This document shows, piece after piece, positions 12,586 to 23,437 of a stretch of DNA of 64,000 nucleotides. The position numbers and the translations under genes were made by a program. The stretch covers positions 310,001 to 374,000 of the forward strand of contig QPMI01000494.1 in the NCBI GenBank assembly GCA_004431415.1, written 5' to 3'. The stretch comes from Cyanophora paradoxa CCMP329 (Eukaryota; Plantae; Glaucophyta). Position 1 is the stretch's first letter. Each line of letters opens with the position of its first letter. The notes below the pieces were generated by a model. It worked only from the letters and a program-made list of their open reading frames with translations, searched no databases and was not told where the DNA came from.

Positions 12586-15500
12586 GGCGCGGACGGCGCT
12601 CCAGCGCTTGGCGGAGTACGCCAAGCGGGAGGGGGCGAAGCTCCGGCGGCGGCGCAGGCGGCGGCCTCGGTCAGCGTGGCGGTCGGCTGCCTCGCCGGCT
12701 TCCGGCACGGGGCGGCGCGCGTCATGGAGAACGGCGTCGGGCTCGTGGAGGATGTGGCCGAGCTCGTCGCCGACGTGCCCGGCCTCGAAGGGGCGGCCGG
12801 CGTGGCCGGCGACCTCGCGGCGGCGGCGCGGCGCGCGAAGGATGGCCGCTTCGTGCAGCGCGCCCTCTCCGCCCTCGCCGCCCCCGAGCGGCTCCTGCAG
12901 CTCGCGTCCGCGCCCTCGCCCGCCGCGCCCTCGGGCCCAGCTCGGACGGCGAGGTCGGCGCCCCCGGGCAAGCTCAAGAAGGCGCCGCCCCTGCGCCCGA
13001 CGCCGATGCGGGCCAGGGTGAGGAACGGCTACCTGGGGCGCGTGCTCCAGAAATACAAAGAGGCGGTGCGCCCACAGTCGTCGACCGCCGGCACAGCCTC
13101 AACCTGCTGAGGGGCGCCGGACGCGGGGCGCGCGGGGCGGGGCAGGTGGAGGCTGCGGGGCAGGTGGTGAAGCGGGCGCACGTCCACGGGCGGGAGCAGG
13201 ACCTGGCGGACCCCGGAGTCCGCCTGCTGCTCTCCGACCTTGCCGTCGATCTCTGGTGCGCCGCCCGCCGCCCCGGCCGCCCGCCCGTCGTCCGCCCCGC
13301 CCGCTGAGCTCGGCTTGGCCGCAGCGGCTCGGCGCCTTTCCGCCGCTGCCCGGAGCTGGTGTGCGCGAGCAGGGCGTTCGTCTTCGTTGCAAGCCCCGTG
13401 ACGGCGCGGGAGGTGACATGCCTCAAGGCCCTCGACGAGGGTGCGCGGGGGCGACCCGCTCGTTTCTAGACTCGCTATTCAATTTTCTGATTTCGCCCGC
13501 GCGAGCTTCGCCTCATGGCGCCCGGGCCGCAGCGATTGAGACGGGACAAGAGGTCTTCCAGTTCTACCTGAACGGGGCGGAGAGCGTCCTCCAGGCGATG
13601 CCCGTCGGCGTCGACATGCGCCTCAGCCGCTTCGACCGCGTGCGGGCGGTCCCTCTCTGCCCTTTGACGCGAGCCGACCGAGCCCCCGCAGTGGCAGCTG
13701 GACGTGGAGGCGCTGCGGAAGGCGGACGTGTACGCCGCTGCCCGGTCGAACAAGAAGGACCCTCTGGACGTGCTTGCGAGCGGCGTGCAGAAGACGTGCC
13801 GCTTCCCCCGAGAGTACGGCAAGCCGGCGGCTGGACAGAAGCAGCTGACGACGCGCTGGTTCGGCGGGGCTGGGGGCTCGAGCTCCGGGCAGCAGCCGTG
13901 GCCGTCTGCTCCCAAGTGGGTTGTCGAGGAGTCCCTGACGGCCGAGTCCGACATTCATGCCCGCGTTTTCTTCGCTCACGCCTTGAATCCGAAGGACAGG
14001 GAGATCGTTCAAACGTTCTCCACTTCATTGCAAAGCATCGCGTCTTGCTGGTGCGCCCGTTGATGATGGATCGATCGCATGCACGCGTGAACGTCCGCGC
14101 TGCTTATCATGACGCGGCTCTGCAGGTCAGAGGCCGAGCATTGGGAGAAGGGCGAGCGCTGGGTCGACTTGGGTACGTCTTCCTTGGGGGCAGGTGTCGC
14201 GCATCGCTAACGTGGAATCCTCACCCCTGTCGCAGTGGCGCGCGCCATCCGCAACTGCACGCATTTCGTCTTCATTGTGTCACCCGCCATCGACGGCTCG
14301 CAGGTCAGTGGCCCTTAATCGATTATTCATATTAATATTGAATATCTTGATGACGTGAGCTCGCGGCTTGGCAGCATATCCAGGAGGAAGTGGCGTACGC
14401 GTGCAGCCAGGACTGCGCTCTGGTCGCCCTGTACCTCAAGCAGCAGGGGAAGGCCGTCAGGAGCTCGTGGGTGGAGGAGCGCCTGGAACGCGCCGCGCCC
14501 GGCCGCGTGCACAAAATCGATGCCGCCATCGACGTCGACCCAATAGACGCGGCACTCAAGCTTGCGAACGCTGTGAAAATTCGAACCCAAGCGATCGCGG
14601 CTCGCTCGACCGCAGCCACAGCCACATACGCAGGCGCAACCGCAGCAGGGCAGCGGGCGAGGGCCCAGGCCGGCCAGATCCAGCCAGTGCGTTGTTCCCC
14701 GACCGGCCATCCCTTGTATTTGACCCTGATCGAGCCTCGGAGGCTCGGAGAGCTGATGCGGGCGCCCAGGCAACTGCACTCGGGTGGACGGAGGCGGATG
14801 TCGAGTACTGGATCCGATCGCACGAGCCCCTCGCGCAGTGCGCCGCCTGCAGCCAGCGCCGGCCACAAATATGTATAATATATACAGTTTAACGCCGTCC
14901 GACGGTCTGTTTTTGAAGCAGATTCGCGAAGCGATTCTCCGTCTTGAAAGGAAGGGGCCTCCTCTCACTCACCGACTCGGCCCTGAAGCAGCTCGGCATC
15001 AACCATGTTGCTACGCGTAAGCGATTCCTGCTCGAGATTGCGGCCTTGTCCAAGGCCGCACTGGAGAAGTGCGACAGGAAGGTGCTCAGAAGCTTTGATC
15101 GTACAGGCGCGGCGATCTATATTATCTGACATGCTCCGTGAATTGCCTGGTCCAGCTGGAACCGCTGTGTTGGACCGAAGAGGACGTCGTGGCCTGGGTC
15201 CGCTTGCAGGGTCCCCTCGCAAAGTGCGCACCCCTGTTTTCTCGGATGCTCCACTCTCCGCTGTTGATTGGCGGGATTTACAGATTTGCCGAACTGTTCA
15301 CGTTCACCGGGGGCCCAGGACTGCTCTCACTTTCCGATGTGGATCTCGAGCGCATGGGCGTGGACAACTTCCCGGCGCGGCAGCGTCTCCTCGAAAAGAT
15401 AGCCGAGCTTGAAGCGAATGCAATCGCACAGTCACTCCACAAGAATGCCAAGCCCGAGACTGACACAGCCGCGGAGTCACGAGTTGTCGAGTTGGTGCGC

Positions 15501-18500
15501 TGGCCCTGCCGTGGCCGTTTAATGCGAGTATTCACCGACATGCACGCCGGCAGGCTCCGGCGCCATCTCCTGCCGAGGTCGATGGCATCAGAGCATCAAT
15601 TAAAAAAGTACGCTTGATCATGATGGATTAATTGAATTTGGATGATTTAGATGCTCTTCAATAAAATTCATGCAATGGATCCGGACAGTTTGCGGCGGAG
15701 GTGGCCGACGAGCTCCGCCAGGACCAGGACCTTGCGCTCTACGTCCCGCCCCGCGCCACTCCGGACCCGAAGCTGCCGTTCAAGGTGGCCCCCGGCCCAA
15801 GTTCCCGGCTCTAAACCTAGGTCTCATGTGTGCACGCGGCGTGATGGTGACTCCACAGCATCATGTGGATCTTCACGAAAAGGCTGTGACGTTCCTTAAG
15901 GCGCTGCGGCCCGGCGCCAATGTCGGCGAAGATGCCGCAGCGAAGCCGAAGTCAAAGCGCGTTCTGTTATTGTTGGGTGGCGCAGGCACATCGAAGAGCA
16001 CATTTGTGCGCTTCTTGGAGCGCGACGTCTGCGAACAATGGGCGGAGTCAGAAGACACAGCAGGCCCACAGCTGCCTGTCGTGGTGCTTGTTTCGCTGCC
16101 GCAGCTCGCCGGCATGGCGGGCGGTGTGCCCAAAGGATCCGGACTGCGGCAGCACGTGGCGGCCAAACTTGGTGTCGCAGAGAAGGCGCTTCCAGCTCTC
16201 CGAGACAGGTATGCATCTCGTTTATGTTAACGGTAGCGGCCGTTTCGTTGACGTGTACGTCAGCATCGGGCTCGTGCTGCTTCTTGATGGATATGACGAG
16301 ATGGGCGTGACGGACGGCATGAACCTGTGGCAGGAGAACGGCGTTTCAGACTGGGCGAGCGGCGCACTTCTCACCTGCCGAACGGAGTTTCTCGCGTCGC
16401 TTCCCGTTGACAAGCCGCACGAGGTGCTTTCTCTTTCCTCTACGATGTTCCGCTTTTCTGAGTGCTATCTGATCATGAGTCTGTCAATACTCTTGATACT
16501 CTCGGGCTATCTGAGTCGCGCCTGGCAGGCCTCTTTCGCACCTGCCGAGAAGGATGGTGAAGCCGATCGCGACGATTCGGCTCTGGTGCAGCTGCACACG
16601 GTCCCCTTCACAAACGACCAGGTGTGCCGGGCGGCGCGGAATTCTACATGCAAACGCAACGATACAGAGTTAGAACCGCTTCTGCGCAGCGGGACAAGTA
16701 CCTGCAGCACTACGTCGAGCGCCACGAGAACGACGAGGCGGCATGGACCTTCGAGCAGTACCAGGTAGCCTTTGCAAAGACGCCGGGCCTGGCTGCCTTT
16801 GCGGAAAACCCTTTCTCCCTGTCGATGGCCGCCCGCGTCCTGCCCACAAAGTCCGTCCTTTGTGCGTCCAACTAAAAGATTCCACACTGACATGTACACG
16901 TGTTGCGTACAGGACGGCAACCGGAGGACGGCTCGGCATGCGGGGCCTTTACCGGCTGTTCTTGCGGGACTGGCTGAGGCGGGAGCTGTATCGGGGCGGC
17001 ACCGAAATCCCGCGGGATGCCACAGGTGCGGTGCTCAAGCCTGCATGTTGCTAGCACTTGCAGAATAGCAAACAGTTGCAATCGGCCGCATGCACAGTCC
17101 AAGAACGAGTGGAGGATGACTTTGTCAAGGAGGGGACAGGGTTGTGCACGCGACTTGCATGTCTTCTTTTCCGCGTGCGCTCGACTTTGGCTTCTCGCAA
17201 TCAGTCGAGCACTGGAATTCCATAAACGTTAAATGCGCAGATGTCAGCCAGCCAAGCAATGATCCCGGACCCACGGGTCCAGAGGCAGCAGAAGACGGGT
17301 GCTGAAGTGAACTCGAAGCCCGTAGCTGCTCCCCCCCCAAGCCCAGAGCAGGGCGCTCTCTGCGCGCTGCTGGGCGACCGTGCATTGCTTCTCGTGCGCA
17401 ACAGCTGTCCGTTGCGGCAGTGGAGGCAGGGCGGCTCGCTTGGCTTCGCGTTTGTGCACAAGACGCTGCAGGAGTTTCTGTCCGCGGAGGCACTCCTTGA
17501 CTCGGTGCGTGAAGCAAAGGGGGCAGCAGGGACCTATAGAGAGAGAACGCCGACGGCAGGCCCTGAGGGTGGAGGGCTGTTGTGCAGATAGTCGATTGAG
17601 TTATAATTAGGGCTGTACTGATCGTGACAACTGTCTGTGCACAGTTGTCGAGCAAGGCTACTCCGAGTAATTATAACGGCATCGACATCACATTGCACAC
17701 ACGGTATGCCATTCAATTGCTTGATTGAGCGTCCGATGGACAAGCTTACAGTGACATCGACAACACGCAGGAGCATTGTGGGGGATACGACGCTTGTCCG
17801 ATTTCTGGCGGAGGCTGTCCAGCACGAGCCCCAGGCCATCGTTGCGGACGCTCTCGTGCGGATCATCGAATTGAGTCGGCCGCGGGATTCTTCTGGGAAG
17901 GCAATCGAGAATGAAGCACCAGAGGTAGCCCCGGAGGTTGTTGCAGCGGCGAACGCAGCGACCATCCTCGTCGCTGGTGCGTGCAATTGTTTCATTGATA
18001 GTTCGTGAGTGTGTGCCCTGCCGAGTGAGGTTCTTGCGATGGCCCCTGCAGGCCACTACTCGCTGGCGGGCCGCAACTTGCGGGGTGTGCGTATACCAAG
18101 AGCCAATCTGTGGCGACTGGAAGCAGCAGGTGCAGATCTTCAAGAGGCGGATCTGCGACACTGTGCCGTAAACGAGGCATGCCTGTCGAGTGTGGATCTG
18201 AGAGGTGCACGCATGGACAACTGCTTTGTGATGCAGCATCCGGCATTGCTGCATAAGAGCGCCGTTCGCGCCGTTGCCTGGACACCGGTGCGTGCAGATA
18301 TCCCGCTGCAGCGGTATTGGTGTGCAAGGGAGGTGCAGCAGGGTGGGGTAATCATAGGACAAGCGAGTCTCAGGGTTGTGGGGTCGCTGACAGAAGCACG
18401 GGTGTGCGGCCTGCAGGACAGGAAGTGGATCGTCTCGGGGAGCGATGACAACCTGGTGCGGGTGTGGGACGCAGAGACAGGGACAGAGCTGAGGAAGTTG

Positions 18501-21500
18501 GAAGGCCACAAGGACAACATCATCTCAGTGGCTGTACATGTCTCCACAGTGCGTGAGGGAGGGGCGGGGGTGAGATGTGGTGGAGGACATGCATCTGGGC
18601 GTGCGAAGCTTAAGGCGATGGGTCTGGCCCTGGGCCGTGATAGCAAGCAGTCCCGACACCTAAAGAGTCGCAATCGAGCACGAGCATGGTTTGGGGCCGT
18701 GAAGGCACTGACAGAAGCACGGGGGTGCGGCCCGCAGGATGGGAAGTGGATCGTCTCAGGGAGCAATGACAAGTCGTTGCAGGTGTGGGACACTGAGACA
18801 TGAATCGTCTCGGGGAGCAATGACAAGTCGGTGCAGGTGTGGGACGCTGAGACAGGGGCGGGTCTGCGGAAGCTGCAAGGCCACACAGGCTGGGTAACGT
18901 CCGTGGTGGTTTCAGCGGTGCGCAAGCCCTGAAAGGAAGGGTGGTGACACAGGCCTAGGGGCCCGAATGATGTGGCCCAGTGGGATGGGACTGCATGCCC
19001 GGTGGGGTCCGGTTTGTGCACATTTTAGAGCCACAAGTTTTCTGATGAGGGCGCGGGGCACGGCTTGCAGGACGGAAAGCGGATCATCTCGGGGAGCAGT
19101 GACAAGTCGGTGCGCGTGTGGGAGATGGAGACAGGGGCGGAGATGCGGAAGCTGGAAGGCCACACGCGTAATGTCAACTCGGTGGCGGTTTCGAAGGTGC
19201 GCATGGGAAGGGCTGCAGCGGGGCATCCCAGAAGATGGGCAGTAGGGCCTGCAAAGGCGATGAGGCCGGCGTGGGGCTGGGATAGCTGGTGGAGCGCCTC
19301 CATCTAGACTAGATGGATTTCACGGTCTAGAGAGAGCGAGCTCAAGTTTTGGGGCTGTGGGGTCGCTGACAGAGAGCGGGGGCTTGGCTCGCAGGACGGG
19401 AAGCGGATTGTCTCGGGGAGCGACGACAAGTCGGTGCGGGTGTGGGACATGGAGACAGGGGCGGAGCTGCGGAAGCTTGAAGGCCATACGGGCTGTGTAC
19501 ACTCGGTCACGGTGTCGGAGGTGCGCAAGGGAAAGTTGGGGGCGGGGCGGCTTGGAAGACGAGCTCCAGGTCTTGTCAATAGATGGGAGCGGTGCGGCTT
19601 TTGATTGGTGTGATGCCCAAATAGCAGGCTGAATGGTTCTGGCAACGCTAAGTGGGGTCCAGGGTAGTCACACTGAGTGAGGTTTAGAGGAGCTGTCCAG
19701 TAATGCGGGCGCGGGGCGCGGCTTACAGCTGTTGAGCTGCAGGACGGGAAGAAAATCATCTCCGGGAGTTCTATCTACGACGGGTTCCGAGGAGACAACA
19801 CGCTGCGGATGTGGGATGCGGAGACAGGGGTGGAGCTGCTGCAGCTGCAGGGCCACACGGGCTCTGTCAGCTCTGTGGCAGTGTCAGCGGTGCGTGATCA
19901 TGAGCTTGAGAGAGGCCCGGGGGGGGGGGGAGGGGGGGGGAGGGGGGGGAGGGGGGGGGAGGGGGGGAGGGGGGGGAGCGGTGGCCTGGCCATGGCCTGG
20001 AGGACGTGCAGCGGCACCATCGGATTGCCAAGAGGATGGAGTTGGCATGGAGCTGTGATAGTTGTAGCAGAGGAGTTTCAATTCGGTGATGCAGAGAGGG
20101 TCTAGGGCGAGCATGATCTAGCTATACATTATAGGACACATATAGGGCCGTGCACATGAGGACACTGACAGGGGCACGGGGGCATTATGCACAGGATGGG
20201 AAGCGGATCATCTCGGGGAGCACGGACAAGTCGGTGCGGGTGTGGGATGCGGAGACGGGGGTAGAGCTGCGGCAGCTGCAGGGCCACAAAGACTCGGTCA
20301 ACTCGGTGGCACTTTCAATGGTGCGCAAGGGAGGGGCGGGAGCGGGGCGGCCCAGAGGACGTGCATGAGCCGCTGAACAGGGTGGACTTGCAAAAGGGGA
20401 TGAAATTAATATTGGCTTGGGCTGCAATAGATGTAGCAGAGCTGTGAGCAGTTTCTGCAATGTCGGCACCAGGATGCCTGATGGGCCTGGGGTTCAAGGG
20501 CGAGCAAGTCTCAGGGTTGTGCACATGCACATGAGGACGCTGACCGGGGTGCGGGGGCATGACACACAGGACGGGAAGTGGATCATCTCGGGGAGCAACG
20601 ACAAGTCGGTGCAGGTGTGGGACATGGAGACAGGGGCGGAGCTGCGGCAGCTGCAGGGCCACAGAGACTTGGTCAACTCGGTGGCACTTTCAGCGGTGCG
20701 CGAGGGACGGGCGGGGGCAGGGTGGCCCGGAGGACGTACATGTTCATGTGCAGGGGACTTACAAAGGGGATGAAATTGGCTTGGGCTGCAATAGAGTCTG
20801 GGAGAACGAGATTTGGGGCTGTGCACTTGAGGGCGCTGACGAGGGCATGGCGGCATGACGCATGCGCACAGGACGGGAAGCGGATCGCCTCAGGGAGCAC
20901 GGACAACTCAGTGCGGGTGTGGGATGCGGAGACAGGGGCGGAGCTGCTACAGCTGCAAGGCCACATCTTCTGGGTCTCCTCGGTGGCAATTTCAGCGGTG
21001 CGCAAGAGCGGGGGGTGCGGGGAAAAGGGAGAAGGGGAAAGGGAGGGGAAGGGGGGGAGGGAGGTAAGGGGCCGGGGGGGGGGGGGGGGGGGAGGGAGGT
21101 AAGGGCCGGGGGGGAGGGAGGTAAGGGGCCCGGGGGGGGGGGGGGGGGGGGGCATGAGCCAAGCCGGCTCGAGCCGGACTTAGGCACCGGCAGCTCGAGC
21201 CAAGGCCAGCCGAGACGCTCGAGGGGAACAGCAAGACAGCAAGGCCTGCTCAAGCTGGGTGGGGCATTGTAAGGGGCGAGCCGGCTTGAGATGCTGTCTA
21301 GCGCGGATATTAATTTAGATTTATTATGAATATATCGAATTATATACGACCGGGACTAAGTACCCCCCTCCTTGAGCCTGCTGGCAATTCGGGCTCAAGC
21401 TAAGCCCCACCCCTTTCGATATCTCACAATACAGCGCTAGCAGTGCATATTAAGGCGATAAAGTTGGCAGGGGGCTGCTAGCATGTGCTGCAACTAGCGT

Positions 21501-23437
21501 GTGCAGGCCCTCTGAGCAAGCAAGTTTCAGGGACTTGAATGCACTGACGGGGCACGGGCGCGCTTCACACAGGATGGAAAGCGGATCGTCTCGGGGAGCA
21601 TAGACCACTCGGTGCGGGTGTGGGATGCAGAGACAGGGGCGGAGCTGCTGCAGCTGCGAGGTGAACTGGCCATGGGCTCCATCCGCTCGGTGGCTCTGTC
21701 AACGGTGCGTGATGGAAGGGCAGGGGTGGGGTGGCCCAGGGAATATTAATGTGCAGTGCGGCTTGTGAAGAGGCCTAGGATGGGGCCCGGCGCCTGGGAG
21801 GGCTGCAATGAGGGGTGCAAATTGAAAAGTTTCCGTTGACACCCAACGGGGTCCAGGGCAAGCGAGTCTCAGGGTTGTGAGGGCTCTGACAGGGGCTCGG
21901 GGGCGTGGTGCACAGGATGGGAAGCGGATCATCTCAGGGAGCGACAACGAGTTGGTGCGGGTGTGGGACACGGAGACAGGAGCAGAGCTGTGGAAGCTGG
22001 AAGGCCACATGGGCTCTGTATACTCCGTGGCGATTTCGGCTGTGCGCAAGGGAGGGACGGGGGTGGGGCGGTCTGGAGGACGTGCTGCAGGGCCTACCGA
22101 GTTCCAGATCTAGAGTCATTGGGCCAGCGTGAGGCGAAGTGTACGATAGCGGGGGGAGTGTTTTTGGCAACACTGGGCAGTTATAATTACCAGGGTCGGA
22201 ACAAGCAAGCATGTTTCATGGCTGTTATCAAAGCACTGACTGGGCCCCCGGGACGTGGGTGCATTGCTGCAGGACGGAAAGTGGATCATCTCGGGGAGCA
22301 GTGACAAGTCGGTGCGGGTGTGGGACATGGAGACAGGGGCGGAGCTGCGGAAGCTGGAAGGCCATACGGGCTGTGTACACTCGGTGGCAGTTTCGAAGGT
22401 GCGCATGGGAAGGGCTGGATCCGGAGCAGAGCAGTCCAGAAGACGGGCAGTGGGGCCTGTAAAGGCAATGAGGCCGGCGTGGGGCTGGGATAGCTGGTGG
22501 AGTGCTTCCGTCTAAACTAGATGGGTTTGATGGTCTAGAGAGAGAGAGAGAGAGAGAGGGAGCGAGGTTTGGGGCTGTGGGGTTGCTGACAGAGAGCGGG
22601 GGCTTGGCTCGCAGGACGGGAAGCGGATTTTCTCGGGGAGCGACGACGAATCGGTGCGGGTGTGGGACATGGAGACAGGGAAAGAGCTGCGGAAGCTGGA
22701 AGGCCACACAGACAGAGTCACGTCTGTGATGGTTTCGGCGGTGCGCATGGCCCAGCGGGAAGGGCTGGAGCAGGGCATCCCAGAGGTCGGGCAGTGGGGC
22801 CTGCAATGACAATATTAATGAGGCCGGCGTGGGGCTGGGATAGCTGGCAGAGCACTTCTTGCGACTCGGAAATTTTGAGGGGGTCTGGCATGGGGCCAAC
22901 GTGTTTAGGATGGTTCTGACGGGGGCACGGGGGCATGGCGCACAGGATGGGAAGCGGATCGTCTCGGCAGGCGGGGGCAAATCTGTGATCATCTGGGATG
23001 TGGAGACGGGAGAAGAGCTGCTGCAGCTGGAAGGCCACGGGCACGTGGGCTGGGTCTGCTCGGTGGCAGTGTCAATGGTGCATGTGGGAGGGAGCTAGGG
23101 CGGGACGGCCTAGAGGGCGTGCAGCGGGGCCCGCGGCCTGCAAAGGCAATGGCACAAGCCTATTCCTATGTATCCCTTCAGAGACACGTACACATAACGG
23201 GGCCCGACGGTCCAGGGGAGCTTCCGGCGACGCCCAACGGGGTCCAGGGCAAGCGAGTCTCAGGGTTGTGAGGCTCGAGCTCTGACAGGGGCTTGGGGGC
23301 GTGGTGCACAGGATGGGAAGCGGATCATCTCGGGGAGCAACAACAATTCGGTGCGGGTGTGGGATGCGGAGACAGGGGCGGAGCTGCTGCAGCTGCAAGG
23401 CCACACGGACTCTGTCACCTCAGTGGCGGTGCTGGCG
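10038..23437 (+). CDS. NLR-like STAND protein NLR1: N-acylation motif, helical/ARM-like region, TIR, SAM, SAM, NACHT NTPase, pentapeptide repeats, 14 WD40 exons (3' end unresolved)
   Basis: Starts MGCGASS. TIR at 13962-14580: RVFFAHALNPKDREIVQTFSTSLQSIASCW|SEAEHWEKGERWVDLV|ARAIRNCTHFVFIVSPAIDGSQ|HIQEEVAYA. SAMs at 14770-15081 and 15156-~15420. Walker A LLLLGGAGTSKST (~15976), Walker B LVLLLDGYDE (~16270), then LLTCR, NPFSLSMA, FVHKTLQEFL, AAANAATILV, pentapeptide LAGRNLRGVRIPRANLWRLEAAGADLQEADL, and WD40 exons at 18417-23437. Confidence 0.9.
18417..23437 (+). repeat. Array of 14 highly similar phase-0 WD40 exons of NLR1
   Basis: Exons 18417-18548, 18738-18917, 19071-19196, 19395-19520, 19743-19889, 20195-20320, 20570-20695, 20872-20997, 21573-21704, 21916-22041, 22273-22398, 22615-22740, 22946-23077, 23312-23437; each runs cag|GAY...|gtgc and is a multiple of 3 long. 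Confidence 0.95.

Noticed and set aside
7748-13426. Long ORFs in the track (620 aa, 534 aa, 325 aa and others)
   Set aside because: Pro/Arg/Gly low-complexity shadow frames caused by high GC; the real coding sequence is spliced
13990-14060. Ankyrin-like SNVLHFIAK in ORF 13256-14335
   Set aside because: The alternative frame gives a coherent TIR beta-A/alpha-A segment that splices in phase with the downstream TIR exons
18417-23437. Regularly spaced conserved repeats with variable spacers resembling a CRISPR array
   Set aside because: The repeats are ~126-nt protein-coding WD40 exons with splice signals, the spacers are introns, and there are no cas genes
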